Both the position numbers and the translations under genes were made by a program. Positions 28,286-37,151 of a stretch of 64,000 nt of DNA are shown piece after piece; the stretch's first letter is position 1; each line of letters opens with the position of its first letter. Source of the stretch: a virus (Duplodnaviria > Caudoviricetes); IMG/VR virus record IMGVR_UViG_645948442_000001, positions 93,487 through 157,486 of that record, one strand, 5' to 3'. Under the pieces are notes generated by a model. That model searched no databases and had not been told where the DNA came from. It saw only the letters and a list, made by a program, of their open reading frames with translations.

Positions 28286-28833
28286 ATGCGTATCCCCCTG
28301 CGATAAAGCTCAAGCGCCACCATCAACATGAACTCTCCACACTGCTTGCGGTTCTGTTCGATGTACCAGACCTCCTGGCGGGTAAAGTCTGAACCAGGCG
28401 GCACGTAGGCGTTGTGGTCGGTTTCATCGAAGTAGAGGGTCTCAGCCTCCTGGGGAGTATCACCCACGGTGCATAGGGTGTTGCCCCAGTCAATGGACTT
28501 CATGCTGGGCAAAGGGGAGCCGTGTTCCTTGGTGTACAACATGAGTTGATCGAACAAACTATCCTCGCCAAACAAGTCAACGATGAGCTCGTACAGGGTG
28601 CCTGTGTTGTCGAATGAACTCAGCCCCGCATGCTCACCCAGCACGGAGTACACGTCCTCGTTGTTGGGTGTGGACGGCCAGTTGAACTGATCCTTCGAAG
28701 AAGTCAACACCATAGCCGCCAGGTCATTCACGTGCTCTGTCCAGGCTTTGGCGAACCCGCACCACTTTCTCCAGGCGCTGACCATTTCTTCATCGTTAAC
28801 GCCCTTGAATATGTCTGCCTTTCCCTTCATCAC
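28282..28833 (-). CDS. family D-like protein
   Basis: Paralog of the frameshifted neighbour 28830..29358. Confidence 0.75.
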   Translation of the reverse strand: MMKGKADIFKGVNDEEMVSAWRKWCGFAKAWTEHVNDLAAMVLTSSKDQFNWPSTPNNEDVYSVLGEHAGLSSFDNTGTLYELIVDLFGEDSLFDQLMLYTKEHGSPLPSMKSIDWGNTLCTVGDTPQEAETLYFDETDHNAYVPPGSDFTRQEVWYIEQNRKQCGEFMLMVALELYRRGIRI

Positions 28834-29358
28834 CCTCTCCTTTGCCTTTCGGCCCTGACTAGCCCCATGAACTCTTCACACTGCCTGTAGTTGGCCAAGA
28901 TGTAATTCAAGTCCTCCTCCGCAAAGCATGACCCCATAGGCACGAATGCGTTCCAACTTGTACCGTTGTACAGTTTGATGGCCGCTTCCTTGTCCTTGCC
29001 CACCGTGACGTAGCTGCCGCGCCAGTCGCCTTTGGTCAGGGGTCCACATGGGAGTGCCCTTCTTGTGGGTGAACTCCAGCAGTTCAAGGTAGACGTCGTT
29101 GCCGCCGAACAAGTACGTGGTGATATCCACCAGAGTGTCCATCTCACTCATCTCAAGCGGCAAACGGGCATCGTTGTCCATGTTGATGGGCGTCTGGGGC
29201 CAGAGCGTTTCCTTGGCCCCTTCGGGTCTGCTTCTCCAGACCCCGTTGATACCATTGATGTGCTCACGCCAATAGGTCCTGATGCGGCCCCAATGGCTGA
29301 TTGCCTTGTCCAACTCCGCATTGGTGAGGCTGTGGAATATCTCTTCTACCTTGCTCAT
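28830..29358 (-). pseudogene. frameshifted paralog of 28282..28833 (one extra base in the GGGG run at 29039-29042)
   Basis: N-half in the 28876..29442 frame and C-half in the 28830..29147 frame both align to the neighbour; removing one base restores colinearity. Confidence 0.7.
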
Positions 29359-30047
29359 TTGCGCACCCTCGGTTTGCTGGCTCGCTCTGCCTGACGGGCT
29401 GAATCCCTCAGCCAACGCTCCAGTATTCTGAAGTTGTACCACTGACCATCAGTGTGCTTGTAGACAATGCGGCCCTTCACCTTCTTGAGCGCCCGGGCAC
29501 GCTGGGATGTGATCTTCACACCCATACAGAAGCCGCCCTCATCAATCGACTTGATGTGGTAACCCAGCTGGTGGCGTGGGTTGTACTTGTTGTAGTCGTG
29601 TGAAGGGGTATTGTTGGCCAGCCAAGCCACCAGAGCCGCCCGCCTGATGTGTCCTGCGTAGTACACATGGCATTCTTTCAGGTCTTCCAGCGTAGCCCAA
29701 CCCACTTGAACGGTGTCTGGGACATCGTATGACTGCTTCTCCTCTTCACTGGGGTAGGCATCCCACCACTCGCCAGTGCCCGTGATGGTCGAGCCATCAA
29801 CCATGGGTATGGCGATGGTACGTCCGCCAAAAGCCTTGAACGAGTCACTGGCTCCCTCGTGCCGGTAGAAGTTGAACACCAGGCGGTCAGGGTCACTGCC
29901 CACCAGCAGATCGCCCTGGTTGCCTCTCCCCTTGGAAAGAGACTTGCACCTGACGTATGCCTTGTCCTTGTTGCCTTCGACCAGTACCATGACCTGCGGT
30001 TTGTCCGAATAGTCATTGTAGGTCATGATCACATCTTTGATCTTCAT
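29355..30047 (-). CDS. hypothetical protein
   Basis: 230-aa ORF with ATGA overlaps at both ends. Confidence 0.8.
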   Translation of the reverse strand: MKIKDVIMTYNDYSDKPQVMVLVEGNKDKAYVRCKSLSKGRGNQGDLLVGSDPDRLVFNFYRHEGASDSFKAFGGRTIAIPMVDGSTITGTGEWWDAYPSEEEKQSYDVPDTVQVGWATLEDLKECHVYYAGHIRRAALVAWLANNTPSHDYNKYNPRHQLGYHIKSIDEGGFCMGVKITSQRARALKKVKGRIVYKHTDGQWYNFRILERWLRDSARQAERASKPRVRK

Positions 30048-30688
30048 TTCCTGCCCCTGAATGCGCCTCTGCGGAGTTCAAATGGTGTGGTTTCCAAGTA
30101 CAAAGGTATGGAGACCAACCCCTTGGTGTACAGATGCCTCGCCACGTCTGCGCGGTTGAATAAATCCTCGTCATCCCTCAGCTCCTTTCGGACCTGCTCC
30201 ATGATCACGGCCAGGGCGCAACGGCTCCTGTTCAGATCGATGTACCAGGGTTGGCGCGGTTCATCGTTCCAGTGAATGGAGTTGGTGACGTAGGGCATAA
30301 TGGGATCGTGCCCGCGCCACAGTTTGTCGATCAACACATCAACCAATCTGATGATGGTGATGCTTCTGCTATCAAACGCGCTGACTATGCCCACCACATG
30401 ATCGATGCTGCGTTGATGGTTGAACGACACCTGCAATTTGAACAGGTGGCTGTCCAGCTCAACCAGAGCCTCAAGGAACTTCCTGGTCAACCCAGGCGAC
30501 TTGAAGGGGAGAGCCTGTGGATCCTCATCGCGCCAGTACAACACGAGAGATTGTTTCATGTGGACATCCACCTCGGACCTTGCGATGAAGCCCTTGACGA
30601 CATCGGCCCAGGCGGCCAACAATAAGACACTCACGATCAAGAGAAGCCACAGTGGCGGTGGGCCAATCGCATTCATCAGTTCAAACAT
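30044..30688 (-). CDS. membrane-anchored hypothetical protein
   Basis: TGGAG RBS; PPLWLLLIVSVLLLAAW TM segment. Confidence 0.7.
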   Translation of the reverse strand: MFELMNAIGPPPLWLLLIVSVLLLAAWADVVKGFIARSEVDVHMKQSLVLYWRDEDPQALPFKSPGLTRKFLEALVELDSHLFKLQVSFNHQRSIDHVVGIVSAFDSRSITIIRLVDVLIDKLWRGHDPIMPYVTNSIHWNDEPRQPWYIDLNRSRCALAVIMEQVRKELRDDEDLFNRADVARHLYTKGLVSIPLYLETTPFELRRGAFRGRK

Positions 30689-30711
30689 ACAAACTCCAGT
30701 TGTTGATCCAA

Positions 30712-30761
30712 CATTATAGCTGAAAAGCAAAAGCCCCTTCACAGGGAAGGGGCTTTGTTCA
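30712..30761 (-). repeat. 50-bp terminator plus promoter repeat
   Basis: Matches 27711-27760. Confidence 0.9.
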
Positions 30762-31280
30762 AGTTTGGTGGTGCTTGACCAACCGTTTGAGGGCTTTCAG
30801 GGCCCAGTTCATCTGCACCTCGTTACGCCGGTGCCATTCCACCTGCCAGGGCTCCAACGCATCCCTGCCCCAGCAACCACATTCACCGAATGCTTCAGCG
30901 TTCACCTCACTTCTGTCTCCTCCGCTGGACTTAAACTCAGCCGGGGCTTCCACGCCAGTTTCATTCGGTCCTGCATAGGGAGGCCGCCCGGCTTGCTCTA
31001 TCAACCAACCCAGGGCAGCCAAGAATGTGTCGGGGTCGTAGTCAGGACCACCATTAGAGTAGTCATAGTACAGGACTTCAGCGAAGGCACCGGCCACACA
31101 GGCCCCATCGATGTCGTGATTGATGTCGATCGATTTGTTCCTGAAGTCCTCCAGAATGGCCTCGTCGACATCCACCTTGGACGGGTATTGGTACAGGTGC
31201 AGCCAGTGCTCCAGCAGCTCTATCATGACGGGAGCCAACCTAAGCAGGCGCCCCAGAGTCATTTTAGATGGAGAGTCCAT
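30759..31280 (-). CDS. hypothetical protein
   Basis: ORF with C-terminal N..Q..W helix similar to family D. Confidence 0.7.
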   Translation of the reverse strand: MDSPSKMTLGRLLRLAPVMIELLEHWLHLYQYPSKVDVDEAILEDFRNKSIDINHDIDGACVAGAFAEVLYYDYSNGGPDYDPDTFLAALGWLIEQAGRPPYAGPNETGVEAPAEFKSSGGDRSEVNAEAFGECGCWGRDALEPWQVEWHRRNEVQMNWALKALKRLVKHHQT

Positions 31281-31539
31281 TGGTCGCCCTCATCCAGCTG
31301 TTGCGTGCGGTGTTGGACTTGAACTCCTGGACCGTCTCAGTGTGACCGCAAACTGTGCAGACCCTGGTCACCTGAGCCCCCACTATCCTGCGCTGTTGGT
31401 TGCGCCGGTTCTTCTGGAGGGGTGCGATCACCATGTCCTCTGTCTCAACGGCCACCATGCGGTGCCGCCCTGCCTTGCAGTGAGACAGCTGCCAGTGATA
31501 GCGCAGCGTCTCCAACATTTCCTTCAACCACTTCCTCAT
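31264..31539 (-). CDS. zinc-ribbon protein
   Basis: HC..GRH and CTVCG; GAGGA RBS. Confidence 0.7.
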   Translation of the reverse strand: MRKWLKEMLETLRYHWQLSHCKAGRHRMVAVETEDMVIAPLQKNRRNQQRRIVGAQVTRVCTVCGHTETVQEFKSNTARNSWMRATNGLSI

Positions 31540-32117
31540 TTGAGCATCCTCCTCTTTGTGAGCTCTCTAGCCAAGGCTCTGTACGGCTGTACAGCAGCCC
31601 ATTGAGCGTTGAAAGGGAACCTGTCTCGGTCAACCGCTTTGGGTATAACATCCCAAAGGTCGATGTTGAATTTGCGGACAGCTCCCTCTATGATCATCGC
31701 AGCCTCCAAGGGTTCCTGCTGCGCATTGATCAGTAAGTCGTAGGAACCCATCTTGTTGGGCTCCAGTTGACTGGGTTGGATGTCTCGAACCTCCCGGGTC
31801 ATCCAATCCTTCAGAGCAGCCTTCATGCTGTCGTATTGATTGGGCTGGACCCTGTAGAAGATGCTTGGCCCCTGGAGTTGGACATACATCCAGTAATCCT
31901 CCAACGGCACCCCATCCATGTGCATGCGGCTGGCCAGAGCAACAGACCCTCGGGCCTTCTGGTCGCCCTGCTTGAACCGACCCAGGAAGGTGTTCAGGGT
32001 GTAGCTGGTCTTCCAGTTGTATCCCTCGCCATCCAGTTCTCCGAGCAGGGTGAGCCTCCATGAATGGATCGCCTTGATCATCACCAGGCCGCGCGCCATT
32101 GCTTCTTGTAGCGACAC
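31536..32117 (-). CDS. hypothetical protein
   Basis: GTG start with GGAGGA RBS. Confidence 0.75.
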   Translation of the reverse strand: MSLQEAMARGLVMIKAIHSWRLTLLGELDGEGYNWKTSYTLNTFLGRFKQGDQKARGSVALASRMHMDGVPLEDYWMYVQLQGPSIFYRVQPNQYDSMKAALKDWMTREVRDIQPSQLEPNKMGSYDLLINAQQEPLEAAMIIEGAVRKFNIDLWDVIPKAVDRDRFPFNAQWAAVQPYRALARELTKRRMLK

Positions 32118-32364
32118 CTATATCCTCCAGCAAGTCATCAATCTGTAGGTCGATCAAATCATCGTTGTCCGCGCCTTGGGCTATGGCCCTGTGTACGTGT
32201 CCTTTGGGATGCAGCACGCAGCAGTTGGACCCAGGCCTATGTGGGAACGGATGACCTCCACAACCACAAGGCTTGAAGTGATCATGTTGGGCCTGATGCT
32301 TGAGCAGACTCTCAGCCGTCGCCCTCCTTGTCCTACACACGGGACAACGATGTGATTTTTCCAT
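31630..32364 (-). CDS. C2H2 zinc-finger / Cys-His-rich protein (leaderless; 3' extent uncertain)
   Basis: C-x2-C-x12-H-x3-H (CPVC..KHQAQH) then CGCGGH..H..CC..H; frame stays open across the downstream gene. Confidence 0.6.
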   Translation of the reverse strand: MEKSHRCPVCRTRRATAESLLKHQAQHDHFKPCGCGGHPFPHRPGSNCCVLHPKGHVHRAIAQGADNDDLIDLQIDDLLEDIGVATRSNGARPGDDQGDPFMEAHPARRTGWRGIQLEDQLHPEHLPGSVQAGRPEGPRVCCSGQPHAHGWGAVGGLLDVCPTPGAKHLLQGPAQSIRQHEGCSEGLDDPGGSRHPTQSTGAQQDGFLRLTDQCAAGTLGGCDDHRGSCPQIQHRPLGCYTQSG

Positions 32365-32370
32365 GTGTCT

Positions 32371-32412
32371 ATTATAGCCTGAAAACAAAAGCCCCTCCGG
32401 GTTGGAGGGGCT
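32371..32412 (-). promoter_or_regulatory. terminator plus promoter cassette
   Basis: Reverse complement GAGCCCCTCC..GGAGGGGCTTTTGTTTTCAGGCTATAAT. Confidence 0.8.
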
Positions 32413-32434
32413 CAAGTCATTTACGCTTCTTGGG

Positions 32435-33868
32435 TCAGATGGTGTAGTTGGCCTTGGCCGCCTCCAGCTGGGCAATGATGCTGGGCAGATCATCGGCCTC
32501 GGCCTTGTCAACGCGGAAGGTCTTGATGTTCACCCGGGGCAGGAACAGCGAGTGCTTGTCGTTGTCCCTGGAAGGCGCCATGATGTCGTTGGCCGTCACC
32601 TTGAACACGCCGCCGATGTACTTGGCCTTGTTCTTGTGCAGTTCAGCCCGGTCCTTGTCGCTGATGCCTGTGGCAGACACCTTCAGCAGACCGTCAGACG
32701 ACTCCAGTTCCATCGATCCGAAGGTGGATGCGTTCTTGCCGTTGGCATCACCGGCCTTGAAGGCAGTCAGTATCAGGTCCACGGTGAACTCGATCTTGAA
32801 CTTGATCTGGTCAGGGTTGTCACCGTCGCGCCAGATGGCATTGGAAGCCTTCAGCACGGTGCCTTCCAGACCACGAGCCAGGGCTTCGCGCAGGTGATCC
32901 AGGGCTTCGCCGACGGTCCACACCATGCGGGTTTCGATGGGGGTGATGGTCTTGCCGCCTGCGAACACACGGTTCACGAAGCCGAAGCGTTCGATGTACG
33001 GCATGTCGTAGCGACCCTTGGAGACCGCATTTTCCAAAGGGATGGCATCCCAGACGTGCATGACCACGCGGTGACCTTCAGGTATCTCCGAGCCTTGCTT
33101 GAGCAGGCTGTTGAACACGCCGTTGCCTTCAGCCCGGGACATCAGCTTGCCATCAGGCCCTTCGATCATCAGCTCGCCATGAAGCTGCATGCCCTTCATG
33201 TCGTTGTAGCGGGCCACCATGTCTGCATTGAGACCGGCCCAGGCCTGGATGATCTGACCGTCAGCGGAACGGACAGGGAACAGGCGACCGTTGCGCGTCT
33301 GCACCTTGAGACCTTCACTGCCCAGGGTGACGTTGGCGTACTCGCCGTCAGCCTTGATCTGGGACAGCTTGACCGTTTCCCAGCGGCCATCCTTCATCGT
33401 CCACTTGCGGATGTTGGAATCCTTGGGCAACACGCAGCGCTGGTAGGGCACCAAGGTCAGGAAGTGCTCGCCGAAGACGTCGTTGATCGACTTCTCGGCC
33501 AGTCCAGCGCTCAGGGTACGGCGGACCACCAGGTCCAGCAGGTCCCAGCTGGTGACGTTGGCGTGCTTGTTGATGAAGCCCTGGATGGCGTTGGCCACTT
33601 CCAGCCGCTTGGACAGCGTGCGGTTGGTCAACTTGCCCACCAACTCAGTCAGGTCCACGATGAACTCGTCCTCATTGAACTCGTTGGTGTGACCAGGCAC
33701 GCCGACGCCGTCAGGCAGCTCGGTCATGTACATGTTGGTGAGCGGCTCCAACGTCAAGTGGACGAAGCTCAGGAAGTTGGGGTTGTCCTTGAGGGTGGCC
33801 AGGTAGGCTTTCTTGTCCTTGGTGCCGGTCAGGGAGCGGAGATGTTCGATGTGCTGGAGAATGTTCAT
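32435..33868 (-). CDS. gp30: ATP-dependent DNA ligase
   Basis: KADG adenylation motif, LHGEL, WDAIP, EGTVLK, KFK, SLFLP. Confidence 0.95.
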   Translation of the reverse strand: MNILQHIEHLRSLTGTKDKKAYLATLKDNPNFLSFVHLTLEPLTNMYMTELPDGVGVPGHTNEFNEDEFIVDLTELVGKLTNRTLSKRLEVANAIQGFINKHANVTSWDLLDLVVRRTLSAGLAEKSINDVFGEHFLTLVPYQRCVLPKDSNIRKWTMKDGRWETVKLSQIKADGEYANVTLGSEGLKVQTRNGRLFPVRSADGQIIQAWAGLNADMVARYNDMKGMQLHGELMIEGPDGKLMSRAEGNGVFNSLLKQGSEIPEGHRVVMHVWDAIPLENAVSKGRYDMPYIERFGFVNRVFAGGKTITPIETRMVWTVGEALDHLREALARGLEGTVLKASNAIWRDGDNPDQIKFKIEFTVDLILTAFKAGDANGKNASTFGSMELESSDGLLKVSATGISDKDRAELHKNKAKYIGGVFKVTANDIMAPSRDNDKHSLFLPRVNIKTFRVDKAEADDLPSIIAQLEAAKANYTI

Positions 33869-33957
33869 GCTTACTTCATCTGGTTACAAAAGAAAGCCCC
33901 TCCGGGTGGAGGGGCCGGGCTCAGCCTATTATAGCTGAGATTTGAGGCCGGTAGGAT

Positions 33958-34671
33958 TCAGGCAACCTGCTTGTGCAGGGATACTTCCTCGCCGTACAGC
34001 TTGCCCTTCATGGCCGCCTCGTACTCTTCGGGCGTGTCCATCTTCAGGTCGGTCTTCATGTTGCCGTCCTTGATCTTGCCCACCATTTCAGCCGCGCGGG
34101 CCTTGTTCTCAGCCAGCTCGCGATTCCACATGGCCACCACTTCCGGGTCTTGCTCTTGCTCGACAGAGAGCTTGTGAGCGCGCACGGCCAGGGTATTGGC
34201 TGCTGCGTTCAGGAAGTTGGTTTCCAGCCTGGCGATGTCGCCGTGTTCGCGGCGGAACTTGGTTCCTTCGCGGCGCACCGACTTGATCAGGTAGTTGGCC
34301 ATCTCGATTGTGGTCTCCACGTTGGCCCGCTGGCCGACGAAGGTCACCTTGTACTTCTGCGTGCCCTTGATCTTGCTATAGTACATGTAGGTCATGAACA
34401 GGATCGAGGCCGCGTGGGCGGCGCGACGCAGCCAGGGGTCCGACTGGACTTGGATGCTATCGCCTTCGCGGGTGAATTCCGCGTAGATTTGGCCCATGTC
34501 AATGTTGTGCTTGATCATGAGCTTACGGGCCATTTCCATGGCCACGTTTCTCTCGTGCTCGCCGCCGTGGGCGTCGTCGTTGGCCAGAGCAAGCATTTTG
34601 CGGATTTTCTCCATATGCTTGGTACGCTCAGCGATGATGCGTTCGGTGAGGGCTTGAGTAGTAGAGGTCAT
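33958..34671 (-). CDS. DUF2786-like domain protein
   Basis: EKIRKMLALA...HE..VA...A.KLM.KHNI N-terminal signature. Confidence 0.75.
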   Translation of the reverse strand: MTSTTQALTERIIAERTKHMEKIRKMLALANDDAHGGEHERNVAMEMARKLMIKHNIDMGQIYAEFTREGDSIQVQSDPWLRRAAHAASILFMTYMYYSKIKGTQKYKVTFVGQRANVETTIEMANYLIKSVRREGTKFRREHGDIARLETNFLNAAANTLAVRAHKLSVEQEQDPEVVAMWNRELAENKARAAEMVGKIKDGNMKTDLKMDTPEEYEAAMKGKLYGEEVSLHKQVA

Positions 34672-34732
34672 ATTGAACTCCTGTAGTGAAGGTTGAGGTG
34701 GTTCAATTATAACCTGAATATCTCCCTAGCGC

Positions 34733-35353
34733 CTATTGTAAGGTTGATGAAATGGTTATTGGGGGCAACTCAGACAGCACCAGGTTCATCCGGTACAAGT
34801 CAAGCGCAGCATCCGAGGCAGCATCGTGATACACGAAGTCAGGGTGGGAGAAAGTCTTGGGGTCCAGGGCGCCGTACCGGGACTGCTCCTTGGAGTTGAA
34901 CCGCAGGAAGGTCTCAACCCCGAACACCTCATCGTACTTCCAGGGCGGGTAGGGGCCGCGCCCCAGAGACACCTCGAACATGTGCTGGAGCTTGACCATG
35001 TCGAAGCCGTTGCGTTGGAGCAACATCAACTCCCACTTGTTCCCAATCCACTTGGTGAACTCATCGGCGAAATCAGCCAGCTTGAGGTCTTCGTAGTGGG
35101 GCTTGAGGATGGCCTGAGCCTCGGGTGGTTGTTTGTCCCAGAAGTCCAGAGCACCGCTTTCAGTCTTGCGACCGAGGGCGATCTGGTCATCGATGCTCAG
35201 TTTCCAGGTTTGGCTGTTCTGCTTGAAGTAGGTGAAGTCATGAGGCTTGAACAACTCCTCCATGGGCACCATACAGACACCCACAGACAGGACGACAGCA
35301 TTGTCCCACTTGCCCAGGGTTTCAGTGTCGATCATCGCGATGCGATTCATCAT
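34733..35353 (-). CDS. dexA: DEDDh 3'-5' exonuclease (DexA-like)
   Basis: IDTETLG, RNGFD, HDAASDA motifs. Confidence 0.8.
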   Translation of the reverse strand: MMNRIAMIDTETLGKWDNAVVLSVGVCMVPMEELFKPHDFTYFKQNSQTWKLSIDDQIALGRKTESGALDFWDKQPPEAQAILKPHYEDLKLADFADEFTKWIGNKWELMLLQRNGFDMVKLQHMFEVSLGRGPYPPWKYDEVFGVETFLRFNSKEQSRYGALDPKTFSHPDFVYHDAASDAALDLYRMNLVLSELPPITISSTLQ

Positions 35354-35375
35354 ATCCTCTCAACATGAAACCCCT

Positions 35376-35419
35376 ATTATACCCTGAAAAGCAAAAGCCC
35401 CTCCACAAGGGAGGGGCTT
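35376..35419 (-). promoter_or_regulatory. terminator plus promoter cassette
   Basis: Reverse complement AAGCCCCTCCC..GGAGGGGCTTTTGCTTTTCAGGGTATAAT. Confidence 0.8.
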
Positions 35420-35436
35420 CTTCTGTTGATCAGCAA

Positions 35437-35796
35437 TCAGTCGTCAGGATTCTCATCCTTGTTCTTGCCCTTGCCGGCGTCGTCATCGTCGTCCCCCTTG
35501 CCATCGGGGTCGCCCTTGTCCTTGTCATCATCGCCGTCATCGTCGCCTTCCTTGGCGAAGGGGTTCTTGCCTTCAGCCAGGGCTTGCAGGGCGCCGACGG
35601 TCTGGTTGCTGATCGACTCGGTGATCAGGCTCTTCAGGTAAGTGGCCAGGGCTTGGACGTCACCGGCCTTGGTCAGATTCTGGACCTTGGCCATGTCCAC
35701 GTTGATCACGCACTCGACCAGGGGCAGTTGGCCCGGCAGAGCATTGTCGCCACCCAGGCGGCCATCCTTGTTGTCAGTAGCACTCATCTCTATCAC
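35437..35796 (-). CDS. hypothetical protein with an acidic low-complexity tail
   Basis: GAGGAG RBS; D/G/K-rich C-terminus; CTAAATA upstream. Confidence 0.7.
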   Translation of the reverse strand: MIEMSATDNKDGRLGGDNALPGQLPLVECVINVDMAKVQNLTKAGDVQALATYLKSLITESISNQTVGALQALAEGKNPFAKEGDDDGDDDKDKGDPDGKGDDDDDAGKGKNKDENPDD

Positions 35797-35821
35797 TCCT
35801 CAAAGTTGTGGATCCACGTCC

Positions 35822-35828
35822 TATTTAG
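35822..35828 (-). promoter_or_regulatory. candidate late promoter CTAAATA
   Basis: Resembles the T4 gp55 TATAAATA element; second copy at 47566. Confidence 0.4.
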
Positions 35829-36075
35829 GGGAGACGCTCCACCCTGGTTGCTATCACCTTGCCTTTGATCAGGCCGTGGGCCTTGGCATTCTGGGCGATG
35901 CCGTACTGGTCGGCCATAACCTGCTGGAACTCCCCTTCCGTCTCACACTCACCAGCCAGACGGATCACCCTGGCGTGGGAGCCAATCATGCCGGCTACGA
36001 TGTGGTATCTGATCATCACAATCTCCAACAAAAAGCCCCTCCAGGTTGGAGGGGCAAACTCACTTCAGACCTGGA

Positions 36076-37095
36076 TTACAGGGTGACAGGCGTGCAGAGG
36101 AACTCGGGCTCGTGGAAACGAGACTGGCTCTTCAGGTACTTGCCCTTGGGGTAGAACTTGCCTTTGTTGTCGGTGCAGTCCTCGGTCACCCGGGTGATGA
36201 AGTAGCCCTGGCGCGGGGAGGGTTCCACGCGGACCTTCACGCCCATGGCGGCGTAGTGCTCAGCCGTGGCCTGGGCTTCGGCTTCGTTCGTGTCCAGCTT
36301 GGACATGTTGCTCTCGTTCACTTCGCGCAGGATGCTGTACACCTTCAGCTTGGCCTTGTGAGCCGTGCCCAGAACGGTGTACAGGTTGTCGCCGACGCCG
36401 TCCTTGAGCTTCTTCATGTCGCGTTCTTCACAGGCCTCGACGATCTCCTTGGCTTCTTCCAGGTTGATCTTGGCCTGGTTCAGCATGGTGCCCCAGAATT
36501 CGTCCAGGCGTTCGGGGGAAGTGGACAGGGGGTGGTTGCCCAGCGCACGCTCCACGTTGCCCACGGCGCGGGCGACGTCGAACACGCTGTTGTCCGCAAC
36601 CTTGATCGCTGGGGGCAGCAGGGCCGTGCGTTCGCCGGTGCGTTCCTTCCAGACGCCCACTGCCTCGTTGGCGTACTCCAGCACGGGGAAGAAGCCATCG
36701 AACGGACGCACGGGGGAGGAGTCAGCCAGGAGGCCGTCCATGGGCACTTGAGCGGGGTCCAGGCGGGCCAGGACGGAGTTGGTGGCCGAATCGTAGGGCG
36801 CCCAGACCATGCGACCGCACAGACCGTTGATCACCATGTCGTCTTCGTCGAAGTTGTCGGGGTCGACGTTCTTCAGCGCATTCTCCAGGCGCAGCAGGGC
36901 CAGGTCTTTGCCCGTCTGCTGGTCTTGCTTGTCGCCCTTGGCGCGGGCAGCCACTCCGAAGTACACATAGCCCTTGTCGGAGCCCTTGGCCGGTGCTTCG
37001 ATGTGCAGGGCCACGGTGAATCGATCGCCGACTGCGTGGATGTTCTGAGCGTTGTACGTCAGGACAGAGGCGATTGCCAGGTTCAGGTGCTTCAT
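36076..37095 (-). CDS. MazG/PRA-PH-like nucleotide pyrophosphohydrolase with an extra N-terminal domain
   Basis: EEAKE...DGVGDNLY...EVNESNMSK motif. Confidence 0.8.
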   Translation of the reverse strand: MKHLNLAIASVLTYNAQNIHAVGDRFTVALHIEAPAKGSDKGYVYFGVAARAKGDKQDQQTGKDLALLRLENALKNVDPDNFDEDDMVINGLCGRMVWAPYDSATNSVLARLDPAQVPMDGLLADSSPVRPFDGFFPVLEYANEAVGVWKERTGERTALLPPAIKVADNSVFDVARAVGNVERALGNHPLSTSPERLDEFWGTMLNQAKINLEEAKEIVEACEERDMKKLKDGVGDNLYTVLGTAHKAKLKVYSILREVNESNMSKLDTNEAEAQATAEHYAAMGVKVRVEPSPRQGYFITRVTEDCTDNKGKFYPKGKYLKSQSRFHEPEFLCTPVTL

Positions 37096-37151
37096 TGTTG
37101 CGAGTTTCCTTGGTTCCGGGGATCAAGCCCTCCCCGGGTGGGCGTTTGAAT

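Noticed and set aside
32402-33934. 510-aa plus-strand ORF antisense to DNA ligase (likewise 59729..61171, 43730..44962, 2149..3363, 36046..37149)
   Set aside because: Shadow ORFs caused by strong codon bias of the real genes on the opposite strand; no RBS or motifs
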